Shown in pieces: positions 20,250 to 28,677 of a stretch of 64,000 bases of DNA. Positions within the stretch are counted from its first letter, which is position 1. Each line of letters starts with the position of its first letter. Location: assembly GCA_043826135.1 (NCBI GenBank), contig JBDRQT010000041.1:5234-69233 (forward strand), given 5' to 3'. This DNA comes from an archaeon. Its GTDB lineage: Archaea > Nanobdellota > Nanobdellia > Woesearchaeales > GW2011-AR15. The position numbers and the translations under genes are program-made. The notes below the pieces were generated by a model that saw only the letters and a program-made list of their open reading frames with translations, ran no database searches and had not been told where the DNA came from.

Positions 20250-21401
20250 TCACTTCAATGCTTTTTCAAGGAAAGCCTTAACTTCTGATGAATTTTTTCT
20301 GGCAAATAAATCTCTCTTATATGTTTGTGCCGCCTCAACAGCTTTGGCAATAATTGTTTTTGCATTATTATCCCAGTATTCCCTCACCTGCATCTTAATA
20401 TCTTCCATAAGAATGTTCCAATAGCTTTTTTGTTTCAGAGTCTCAAACAGAAGCCTCTCTACTTCTCGGTCAACCTGCAAAAAAAGCTCTCTTCGATGAT
20501 CCTCATCCATTTGCAAAATCCGATCCCAGGAGGATTCGATAAGCAAATCTGCAAGTACTTTGGGATATATATCTCTAATTATCTCCATTATTGAATTATG
20601 AATCAATCCAATTTGATTTCTGCTTTGTGCCCTATCCATTGAAGTATTTCCTGGATCTCCTTTAGCGAAATATGCCCTAATGTTTTTTTCAATTTCTTCA
20701 CTTTCTTCTTCCAGTATCACTTCTTTTCTTTTTAAGATATTCAGTTCCGCAATAATAGACTGAATATCACCTGGCTGAATGGAATTTCTTGAAAAATTAA
20801 TACTCCAAATTTTATGTGCAAGTGCATTGATCCTTGAAGACCTTTTTGCAAGCATATAGACTTTTGACAATTCTTCCTTTATCTCAAAAATTGATCTGAA
20901 TATCGCACGGCCCTGCAATAATTTTTCGTCCCTGAAAAGAAGAGTGTTTGGATCATTGTCCATGGACATAAATACAGCTTCAAAATGATGCCTTGTCAAA
21001 CCTCCACCTTGATTTGGATTCTTATTAAGTTCCTTTAGTGCTTCATAAAGATAATATTCTAGATCAGAAAACGCTGAATCTGAAAGTTTCCATGCATTCT
21101 TTAAGTGATTCAATTGTGCATCCAGAAATTTCTCAATTTTTGTTAATATGTCATATATTTCCTTAAAATGAGCACTGACCTCTTTTTCCAGTTTGTTGCT
21201 TGAGTCTCCTTGTGAAACAGATGCCTGGACTAATTCCAGCAATTTTTCAAAATAATTGCTTAGCCTATTTATCTGCTGCTGAATTGATTGCTCATCAATT
21301 AGGGCATTTTGCACTATCAATTCCTCTTTTATAAGCTCTTCTTTCAGAACTCTAAATTCAGTCAAAAGGTCTCTTTTCTTGCGAAATTTACCCCAATTCA
21401 C
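20250..21401 (-). CDS. Helical/coiled-coil hypothetical protein
   Basis: 383-aa ORF with no recognisable motif. Confidence 0.7.
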   Translation of the reverse strand: MNWGKFRKKRDLLTEFRVLKEELIKEELIVQNALIDEQSIQQQINRLSNYFEKLLELVQASVSQGDSSNKLEKEVSAHFKEIYDILTKIEKFLDAQLNHLKNAWKLSDSAFSDLEYYLYEALKELNKNPNQGGGLTRHHFEAVFMSMDNDPNTLLFRDEKLLQGRAIFRSIFEIKEELSKVYMLAKRSSRINALAHKIWSINFSRNSIQPGDIQSIIAELNILKRKEVILEEESEEIEKNIRAYFAKGDPGNTSMDRAQSRNQIGLIHNSIMEIIRDIYPKVLADLLIESSWDRILQMDEDHRRELFLQVDREVERLLFETLKQKSYWNILMEDIKMQVREYWDNNAKTIIAKAVEAAQTYKRDLFARKNSSEVKAFLEKALK

Positions 21402-21476
21402 ATATTTTACATTTCATTCATTTTTATTAAATGTTGTTAAATATATTTTTAAAGAAGCAACTTCTACTATATACTT

Positions 21477-21793
21477 GTAGGGCAGTGCAAGACTAACGGA
21501 ATATCAGAATTCATTTCTGATAAACTGAGGAAAGTCCACCCACTTTCGTAACCACTGATGAAAGTCAGTTCCTGAAAAGGAAGGCAACCACTCAGAAACG
21601 AGACCACCTTATGATTATGGAATGATGCTAGTGAAGGTCTTGGTGACAAGACTAAGCTAACCTGCAGACGTCTCATAAGGAACGGATGAAACGGTGAGCC
21701 CTGGTTTGTGCAACTCCTTTGAGAGGCTAAGTTGAATGTCTTGAACGGCTTCCAAACATGGGCCGTACAAAAGGTGGCTTATAACTGCTCTAC
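21477..21793 (+). ncRNA. rnpB: RNase P RNA (archaeal, type A-like)
   Basis: P1 GTAGGGCAGT/ACTGCTCTAC; P2 CAAGAC/GTCTTG; CR-I GAGGAAAGTCC; P8 and P9 GAAA hairpins; CAGAAAC; P12 CCTTATGA/TCATAAGG; TGAAACGG; GCAA; CR-V ACAAAAGGTGGCTTAT. Confidence 0.95.
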
Positions 21794-21796
21794 TTT
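21745..21796 (+). repeat. Direct repeat copy 1 (3' end of rnpB)
   Basis: ACGGCTTCCAAACATGGGCCGTACAAAAGGTGGCTTATAACTGCTCTACTTT. Confidence 0.9.
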
Positions 21797-21994
21797 ATTT
21801 CAAATTTTTCTATTATTATATATTTACATAACAACCTGAGCGCATATTTTTTACTCACCGACAGGAATTTGGTCTCATAACTTACTCACATCAATTTGTA
21901 ATAACTTAAAAGTAGTAATTTTAAATAGATTTAAGTATAAGTTGTCACCTACTAAATCTAAAATAAAATTGATGCAAGTTTAAGGTGAAACAAT

Positions 21995-22726
21995 TTGGCT
22001 GGGCTTAGTGATGTTGTTAAAGATTTAGAAAAGAGATTTAAAAAGGTAGATTTAATGCAATGCAATGGGCTTGAAAGTGAAATTGGAATATTCACTGCAA
22101 CAAAGTCTGTAATCCTTGCTGATACTTTAACGGCATTCTCTGAATTTTTAGACATATATGAAAGATATAAAAATATATCTAAGGACAAATTATCCCAACG
22201 GGTCACATTATATTATCTCTCTCTTGTGGACTTAGCACATAATAGTCATGGCACACCTGATGAGATGAGTGCTATTGAACCGCAACTAAAACAAATAACT
22301 GCATACATCAATGGATTAACAAAAGAAATAAAAACCATATGTGATGAATATCCTGCGTTAAAAAGAAATGCAAAAAGGCCAGAAACCAGATTTATATCCC
22401 TCTTATATGAATATATATTGAACAATGGTAATGGAATGAGTAGATTGGATATGCCAAAAAATTATCCCAACCATAATCCACGTGAGTTCAGGGCTACTCT
22501 TTCCGGAAATGGATTAAAGGAAGTATGGATTTCAGCATACGAATGTCAGATACATCCAGGATATACTGTCTCTATTATACCGGCTCGCGCAAGCGAGCGT
22601 GAAAGAATTACATTTAGTTGTACAGAAGAGGAGGTAATAATTACCTCGATTGGAAGATTGAGTGCTAGGTCAGATCAACAGATTTTAAATATACTCCCGA
22701 TACTCAATAAAACTCTGTATAAATAA
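21995..22726 (+). CDS. Orphan hypothetical protein inside the rnpB-repeat-flanked islet
   Basis: 243-aa ORF with a TTG start after SD-like AAGGTGA; visibly AT-rich. Confidence 0.7.
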   Translation: MAGLSDVVKDLEKRFKKVDLMQCNGLESEIGIFTATKSVILADTLTAFSEFLDIYERYKNISKDKLSQRVTLYYLSLVDLAHNSHGTPDEMSAIEPQLKQITAYINGLTKEIKTICDEYPALKRNAKRPETRFISLLYEYILNNGNGMSRLDMPKNYPNHNPREFRATLSGNGLKEVWISAYECQIHPGYTVSIIPARASERERITFSCTEEEVIITSIGRLSARSDQQILNILPILNKTLYK

Positions 22727-22799
22727 AAAATAATTCTACACTGAATTAATCTATTCAAGAATCAATAAGGAATTGTTTTTTACCAAGCAGTTATTATAT

Positions 22800-22851
22800 A
22801 CGGCTTCCAAATATGGACCGTACAAAAGGTGGCTTATAACTACTATACTTT
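22800..22851 (+). repeat. Direct repeat copy 2: displaced rnpB 3' fragment (att-like)
   Basis: ACGGCTTCCAAATATGGACCGTACAAAAGGTGGCTTATAACTACTATACTTT; 48/52 identical to copy 1. Confidence 0.9.
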
Positions 22852-22907
22852 TTTAACTATTATTAAGTAGTAAAATTTATATATAAGGTTTTCCTTTGCT
22901 AAAAAAA

Positions 22908-23516
22908 ATGCCACTTAAAACAACACAAGGACTAATGCAAGCCTTAAAGAATGCGCAGGCATTGAGTAGACTTGTAGTAAAAGAATTGCGAGATAGTGAG
23001 AATATAGGCGAAGTGATCTTAACACCTAAAACCATCGAAATAAAAGAACATAAACACCAAGGAAGAACAAAAAGAGAAGTAGTAACTGGACATGTAGTCA
23101 GCAATAGTTTTTGGTTTGGTGAACAGCATAATCCTGTTGTCTCATATGTTTACGATGAATATAACTATTCTGAATTCAATTCTAGACAGGTTTTGAAAGT
23201 TGAACGCCTAAACCCAATGTTCAGAAAAAAAGTATACCTGCCAGCTTCGATAACTGTTGACGTAAAATCAGATCACCTTGTTTGGCTGCTTAAGTATGAA
23301 GGCAATGTGCCGAGCAGTTTAATGCATATGAATCAGCATACTGGGGCAAGAAGACCTTTATATGAAACTTCAATGGGCGCATTCATATATTATGATGGAA
23401 GAATAAAAGGTGCGGAAGGAATGTGCGCCTTTCGCCTAGATCCAAAAATAGATACACTTGAAAAAGTTGTTCAGTCGCTCCACCTCCATGGACCAATCGC
23501 ATATCTTGAGAGATGA
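22908..23516 (+). CDS. Orphan hypothetical protein
   Basis: ~202-aa ORF; TTTATATA box ~30 nt upstream of ATG 22908. Confidence 0.7.
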   Translation: MPLKTTQGLMQALKNAQALSRLVVKELRDSENIGEVILTPKTIEIKEHKHQGRTKREVVTGHVVSNSFWFGEQHNPVVSYVYDEYNYSEFNSRQVLKVERLNPMFRKKVYLPASITVDVKSDHLVWLLKYEGNVPSSLMHMNQHTGARRPLYETSMGAFIYYDGRIKGAEGMCAFRLDPKIDTLEKVVQSLHLHGPIAYLER

Positions 23517-23582
23517 ATATGACCGGATTTGCCAGACATGTATCATATATTTGTAGAATAGTTTAGAAACTACATATTTTTA

Positions 23583-23981
23583 TTACACTAAAGGTACGTT
23601 CTCGGCAATACTCTTTATCCCTGTTTTCAGGCTTGCAGGATCAGAATACTTATTATGCGTATAGGGCACAAGCGACCATTGCAGATTAACTTCTGGATTC
23701 GAGAATATTGTTTTTAGCTTAGGATTAACGATGAATTTCTGCCAATTTTGAAGCATGAACTCAAGGTTCTTTTTTGAGTTGAGACATATGAGCACTATCT
23801 GTCCTTCTTTAATCTTGTCATATACTGACTCGTCCAATATTTCACATATGATATAGACAACGTTTCCCTTATCTTTATACTCGCAGACTATGGATGATTC
23901 CATTACGTGTTTTGAGATTAAATCTCTTTTGAAGCTATTAAGATAGTCAATATATGAAGAAGCCCATTCTATAAGTTTCAT
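23583..23981 (-). CDS. Hypothetical protein (minD operon)
   Basis: 132-aa ORF abutting the upstream gene (1-nt gap). Confidence 0.75.
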   Translation of the reverse strand: MKLIEWASSYIDYLNSFKRDLISKHVMESSIVCEYKDKGNVVYIICEILDESVYDKIKEGQIVLICLNSKKNLEFMLQNWQKFIVNPKLKTIFSNPEVNLQWSLVPYTHNKYSDPASLKTGIKSIAENVPLV

Positions 23982-23982
23982 A

Positions 23983-24486
23983 TTAGATCTTTGTGAGTTT
24001 ATGCAGCATATGAGGGAGAGAGTAACTAAGAGTATAAAAAACTATTATTAACAAAGGATTTATTGTCACAAAAATGCCTATATCTTGAACGACACTTTTT
24101 GTAATATTCAACGTCAACATCAGCAGACCTAATGTTAGCAGAGGCAGAAAAAACAAAGCAAATGAATAGTGCCGATGGTCAATATCCATATGCCTTAGCA
24201 GGTAATCAGAAAATAATCCGAGACATATACCCATACACGAGATTACAAAGATCGACAAACTTGGCGCTCCGACAAAAACAGGTATTGCGGCCACAAATAT
24301 TATTGTGCTGCATACGGTAAAGAGAACTATGAAGAGAGTAAACATAGATTTGTCCAATTTCTTTATTTTGGGATGCTTAATTTTTTCTGCACCTTTCAGA
24401 ATATGCAATGTCCTGGCAATATATCTTTTCTCCCAACCTCTTTTTTCCAATTTTTTTGCTATCCTAGTGTGATTTGTCTCTATCAT
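23983..24486 (-). CDS. Four-TM membrane protein (minD operon)
   Basis: Basic N-terminus then four hydrophobic helices; ATGA overlap with minD. Confidence 0.75.
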   Translation of the reverse strand: MIETNHTRIAKKLEKRGWEKRYIARTLHILKGAEKIKHPKIKKLDKSMFTLFIVLFTVCSTIIFVAAIPVFVGAPSLSIFVISCMGICLGLFSDYLLRHMDIDHRHYSFALFFLPLLTLGLLMLTLNITKSVVQDIGIFVTINPLLIIVFYTLSYSLPHMLHKLTKI

Positions 24487-25259
24487 TTCATCCCCATCCT
24501 CTTCAGGAAAGTATCCATTGTTGAATCATCTTTTTCTTTGCCTTCGACATATTTTTCTCCGAGCAGACTTGCTGCAAGTTTTTTATATCCAATAGAACTT
24601 GGTGCATTTGGATGTGTATGAGTTACAGGATTCTTCATCCTAACTGATTCCCGCATTGTCTCATCTTCAGGGATAATCCCTATAACTGGTGTTTCAAGCA
24701 TCGCTTCAACATCCTCTTTTGACAGCTCCAGTTCATCTTCATATGCTCTTGTCAGAATTATGCCAGAGACTTTTTTTCCATATCTTTGTGCTATCTTTAT
24801 TGTCCTTAGGGCATCGCTCACAGCCGGAAGTTCTGGAGTTGAAACAACAAGTATCTCATCTCCCATCCTCAGCGTCGAGATGACTTCATTAGAAAGTCCT
24901 GCAGCACTGTCGATGATGACATAGTCTGCTTTTCCAGAAAGGCTTTTTATGAGCCTGTTTAGCTGCTCGTAATCTATCTGTGTCTGATCTTTGATTGACT
25001 GGCTCGCAGGTATTATTTTTAGTCCATGTTCATGCATGTACAATGCTTCTGTAATATTTTTGCCATTTTTCAGGACATCATGAAGTGAAATTGGAACATT
25101 AGGCGCTCCGAGATACAAAGAAACATTAGGTGTGCTTAGATTGCAGTCCACAACAATGACATCTCTCCCAAATACAGTCAGAGCAGTGCCTAAATTGATG
25201 GCAGTAGTAGTCTTTCCAACACCTCCTTTGCTAGAAGCAATTACGATGAACTTGGTCAT
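24483..25259 (-). CDS. minD: Archaeal MinD-type ATPase
   Basis: SSKGGVGKTT, VDCNLSTPN, IIDSAAGL, PELPAVSDA, IPED; C-terminal amphipathic MDTFLKRMGMK. Confidence 0.92.
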   Translation of the reverse strand: MTKFIVIASSKGGVGKTTTAINLGTALTVFGRDVIVVDCNLSTPNVSLYLGAPNVPISLHDVLKNGKNITEALYMHEHGLKIIPASQSIKDQTQIDYEQLNRLIKSLSGKADYVIIDSAAGLSNEVISTLRMGDEILVVSTPELPAVSDALRTIKIAQRYGKKVSGIILTRAYEDELELSKEDVEAMLETPVIGIIPEDETMRESVRMKNPVTHTHPNAPSSIGYKKLAASLLGEKYVEGKEKDDSTMDTFLKRMGMK

Positions 25260-25270
25260 TTTATTGTTTT

Positions 25271-25396
25271 TGTGGGTTTAGTACCCCACAGCTCTGCCGT
25301 GAAAAAATAATATTTGAAAATGTCGGTGCGCAGCAAAAAATTCGCAAATACCCCCTCAGCCCTGCTGTGGGTATTGTGAATTTTTAGACATTTTCA
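25271..25396. repeat. Nested inverted repeats / long imperfect hairpin upstream of minD
   Basis: TGAAAATGTC/GACATTTTCA enclosing AAAAATTCGC-A-AATACCC..CAGC-CCT-GCTG..GGGTATT-GTGAATTTTT; a second degenerate TACCCCACAGCTCTGCCGTG copy lies at 25282. Confidence 0.7.
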
Positions 25397-25840
25397 TTTT
25401 ATTGTTTTTTCAACAAACTCCATGATTTTTTTAAGCTCATGGAAATCTTCAGTTATACTATCAATATCCACTCTTATTTCCTTACTATCAACGATTGCAA
25501 CCATTGTGACATGCCTTCTGAATTCATTTGACTTTGAGTGCACCATTCTTCTGAGTTTCCTGAACAGAAGATATTTATTGATATTTACGGTTATTATCTT
25601 TGACGGATATATCTCCAGTACCTTGCTTGCGCTAGTTATAGGATTTCCTGGAAGCTCTTCCAACTTCCCGTCATGCATCGCTTTTTTTACCAGAGATTCG
25701 ATTAAGAATTCATAGCAATTTATAATACGTTCAACAACACTAATTAGTACATCGACTGTCCTAGTGTATTTCAGTGTAACATATATAAGATGGTCAATTC
25801 TTTTCAGTTCTTCTTTTGCATTTTCCAGAGATTCAATCAT
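25394..25840 (-). CDS. Hypothetical alpha-helical protein (HEPN-like fold suspected)
   Basis: AKEELKRIDHLIYVT...FRR; similar to the adjacent gene. Confidence 0.7.
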   Translation of the reverse strand: MIESLENAKEELKRIDHLIYVTLKYTRTVDVLISVVERIINCYEFLIESLVKKAMHDGKLEELPGNPITSASKVLEIYPSKIITVNINKYLLFRKLRRMVHSKSNEFRRHVTMVAIVDSKEIRVDIDSITEDFHELKKIMEFVEKTIK

Positions 25841-26277
25841 TTTATTCTGCCCATTGCTTCCTTTAAAAAAAGTTTTCCTTTGGAGATTAACTCTGCCAAT
25901 TCTTTTTCAGTCACATACTTTATCTGATAATCATCAGATGCAAATACAAATTTGTCTCTTCTTATAAATTCTACGCATGAATTTTTCTGTTTCTCTTTCA
26001 GTTCGGAAATTTCTTTCAGGAAAATAATGTATCCAGTACTCAGATCAATCTTTTCTAGAATACCTTTGATGTTTGTTACATTGTATTCAAAATCCATCGG
26101 CTGTTTCTTAGAAAATAAGAAAAGCGCAAGCACTGCGTCCTGCATTGAATCTATAATGTTATTCAGGATTAATTTAAGAAGTTTCGTGTCTGCGACAAGA
26201 GGGTAAGTCATTGTAAGAAGGTGATCAGCAGTCTTTAAGTGACTGATAGCTGTTGTTTTGTAATCCTGATAATCCAT
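25837..26277 (-). CDS. Hypothetical alpha-helical protein (paralog of downstream gene)
   Basis: AISHLKTADHLLTMTY...EFIRR; ATGA overlap. Confidence 0.7.
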   Translation of the reverse strand: MDYQDYKTTAISHLKTADHLLTMTYPLVADTKLLKLILNNIIDSMQDAVLALFLFSKKQPMDFEYNVTNIKGILEKIDLSTGYIIFLKEISELKEKQKNSCVEFIRRDKFVFASDDYQIKYVTEKELAELISKGKLFLKEAMGRIK

Positions 26278-26307
26278 TTATAGCTAGTTAAGCAGAATTA
26301 ATATAAA

Positions 26308-26649
26308 TTACTTTTGAAAAGATAGGATTGCTTCTGCGAGGTCCCCTTTTGAGTTAACAAGCGCTTCATGTGCTTTCTCTTTAGGTACTTTTGCCTGCTC
26401 TGCCACAGTAATAATATCCTGTTCACTTATCTGCGGCTCTTCTTCCTCAAGAGGTCTATGTTCTTCCTCACCGCTTATTTGATATGAAATACCGCCACCC
26501 ATGTTCACTTTCTGAACTGAGGGATTATGGATAATTATATCTTCCGTTTTGGTTCTTATAACTACAGCATACGCATCAATTTCCTCTTGTTTGATTCCGA
26601 GCTTGCGCATCGCCTGCTCCATCTGACGCGGGTTCATTCCTGGTAACAT
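26308..26649 (-). CDS. nac: Nascent polypeptide-associated complex protein
   Basis: MNPRQMEQAMRKLGI..EEIDA..V.I...NP.V...YQISG; C-terminal UBA GDLAEAIL; start set at ATG 26649. Confidence 0.93.
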   Translation of the reverse strand: MLPGMNPRQMEQAMRKLGIKQEEIDAYAVVIRTKTEDIIIHNPSVQKVNMGGGISYQISGEEEHRPLEEEEPQISEQDIITVAEQAKVPKEKAHEALVNSKGDLAEAILSFQK

Positions 26650-26686
26650 ATGCTTCAACAATTCACAGAATAATAAAAAGCTTTTG

Positions 26687-27454
26687 CTAATATGCCATAC
26701 GATTGTCAAGCCAGTGTTTGAAACGCCTATTTGAAAAATAAGATATGAAGAGACTCCAATAGAAAATAAAAATAGCCAAAATAGAATATCTAGAATCGGT
26801 TGCGATAAAATAACCTGAAGCAAGGATAATACCTACTATCAATAATAAGAGCATAACTGAATCTTTTTTATAGCGCCTTAATGCAACTCTTCCAAATTCA
26901 TTTTTTTCAAGTTCCTTGAATCTCTTCAGGAAAAGACAACCTATCGCAAATATAAAATAATAGAATACAAAAAAGTACCTATGGACCACCCCAAACAATG
27001 AAATTCCAAGCATAATCCTCAGCGGATGGGTCACCGACGCTACAATTGTTTCGATGTAGGGTATATGTTTCAAGAAGAAGGAATAATTTAGATTAACTAA
27101 AAGAAATAAAAGTTCATATATCATAAGAACTAAGCTTATGATGGAGCCAAGTATTAAACCAACAGAAATCAACACTAAAGAGAATATAAGTGCATTTTCT
27201 CTACTGATCTTACCAGATGCAATCATTCTTTTTGACCTAATAGGATCCTTGCTATCTTTCTTGTAGTCACATATATCATTTATCATATAAATGCCAGCAT
27301 ACACAATCTGAAACGAAAAAAAAGTAAATATTAGAGTTAGAAAGAAATTCATGCCGATGGTGAAACTGCTACCGATGAGAGCACCGATTGTGACTTCCTG
27401 AAATGCAAATAGATTTTTTGGTCTTGTAGCTAAAATTAACTCCTTTATCTTCAT
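26687..27454 (-). CDS. UbiA-family prenyltransferase (closest in motif to decaprenyl-phosphate phosphoribosyltransferases)
   Basis: RPKN, YMINDICDYKKD..DP.R..R.IASG, YSFFLKHIP; multiple TMs; start at ATG 27454. Confidence 0.82.
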   Translation of the reverse strand: MKIKELILATRPKNLFAFQEVTIGALIGSSFTIGMNFFLTLIFTFFSFQIVYAGIYMINDICDYKKDSKDPIRSKRMIASGKISRENALIFSLVLISVGLILGSIISLVLMIYELLFLLVNLNYSFFLKHIPYIETIVASVTHPLRIMLGISLFGVVHRYFFVFYYFIFAIGCLFLKRFKELEKNEFGRVALRRYKKDSVMLLLLIVGIILASGYFIATDSRYSILAIFIFYWSLFISYFSNRRFKHWLDNRMAY

Positions 27455-28545
27455 AGTAAAAACCTGATATAGGTTAGTAATGACGGTTTCGTATATCCAA
27501 TTTTGATGCACATCTTAAATAATTTATCTCTGCTTTCTGAAAATAAGATACTTTTCATTTTCTCTTCCGAGAACGATCTTATAAGATTATTCCAATCTGA
27601 TTCCTTGAACCTTGTCATCATTCTATGCAAAGTGAGATGCAAATATAATTCCAGGAACAGGTGTCTCTTCCACTCAAGATTATAATCGAGATTGTTCTCG
27701 ATGCAGTCAGATAAAATGACTGCCGCTTTCAGCGCCTGATTAATGCCTCCGCCAGAAGTCGCTTTGTTGAAAGTCGCCGCGTCACCTATCAGATAAACAT
27801 TTCCTGCCTGAACCTTAACAAAAGGATCAAATACAGGGATTACTCCTGATTGATTTTCAAGTGTTATTTTACTATATTCCCCAAGTTTTTCTTTTGCGAA
27901 TTTCTTGAACAAATCCTGTGATGACTTATATGCAGCAACACCTATTCTCACTGTATTACTATTTACAGGAACTATCCAAGCATAATTCCCAATGTAAGGA
28001 TAGAATTCAACAACATTGTCATTTGATTTACTCGCCTCTATCTGAGTCCCTATTAAAAATTTTCTCTTTCCAAACAGCCCTGCTGATTTCGCAACTTCAC
28101 TTAGCGGCCCATCTGCACCGATCAATATATCACATTCGTAGATTGTAGGTTTGCCATTGTGTGATACAATGGTTATAATTCTGTTCCCTTTTCTCGCAAA
28201 GGATTTGAATGAGTGCTCAAGAAAAATTTTTGCGCCAGCTTCCTCAGCTTCTTTAGCAAGATAAGAATCAAATTTTTTTCTGCAGATAACGTAGTTCTTC
28301 TTAATTTTTGTATCAACAAACTCTCTATTTGGAGCATATATCCTTGTAGTGTCCACTGTATTGAGGACAAAATCCTCCTGTGGCATCATCAATTTCTTAA
28401 AATAATCACTGAGAATTCCAGTGCACTGAACAGGTTTTCCTATTTCTCTATCTCTTTCAAAGATTTTTACTATGTGACCTTTTTGTGCTAATAAATAGCC
28501 TAAATATGTCCCTGCAGGACCAGCTCCAATGATATTTATTCTCAT
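27451..28545 (-). CDS. Geranylgeranyl-reductase-family FAD oxidoreductase
   Basis: IIGAGPAG, G.PVQCTG, R..FD, IGADG..S, YAWIVP, LIGDAA...TSGGGI. Confidence 0.88.
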   Translation of the reverse strand: MRINIIGAGPAGTYLGYLLAQKGHIVKIFERDREIGKPVQCTGILSDYFKKLMMPQEDFVLNTVDTTRIYAPNREFVDTKIKKNYVICRKKFDSYLAKEAEEAGAKIFLEHSFKSFARKGNRIITIVSHNGKPTIYECDILIGADGPLSEVAKSAGLFGKRKFLIGTQIEASKSNDNVVEFYPYIGNYAWIVPVNSNTVRIGVAAYKSSQDLFKKFAKEKLGEYSKITLENQSGVIPVFDPFVKVQAGNVYLIGDAATFNKATSGGGINQALKAAVILSDCIENNLDYNLEWKRHLFLELYLHLTLHRMMTRFKESDWNNLIRSFSEEKMKSILFSESRDKLFKMCIKIGYTKPSLLTYIRFLL

Positions 28546-28594
28546 GATAGAACAGACTTTAAAAGAAAATATATAACTATATCACCACTATATT

Positions 28595-28619
28595 GTAGTA
28601 AAAACGAAACATTTATATA
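28595..28619 (+). promoter_or_regulatory. BRE-TATA promoter of Cys-rich surface protein gene
   Basis: GTAGTAAAAACGAAACATTTATATA; 22/25 identical to the promoter at 30777. Confidence 0.7.
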
Positions 28620-28677
28620 CTTTTGATTACTTCATAGTAGTAAAATGAAGGTAATACTCGAAAAAGAGGTTCCAAAT

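Noticed and set aside
21467-21676. 69-aa minus-strand ORF
   Set aside because: Antisense to the RNase P RNA gene, with no protein signature.
21926-21960. TAGATTTA...TAAATCTA inverted repeat as a Xer dif site
   Set aside because: The 19-nt spacer and short arms do not fit the 11-6-11 dif layout; may be chance in AT-rich DNA.
21745-22851. CRISPR array, second RNase P gene, or autonomous provirus
   Set aside because: Only two repeats ~1 kb apart; copy 2 lacks the 5' 270 nt of the RNA; no integrase, cas or viral hallmark gene nearby.
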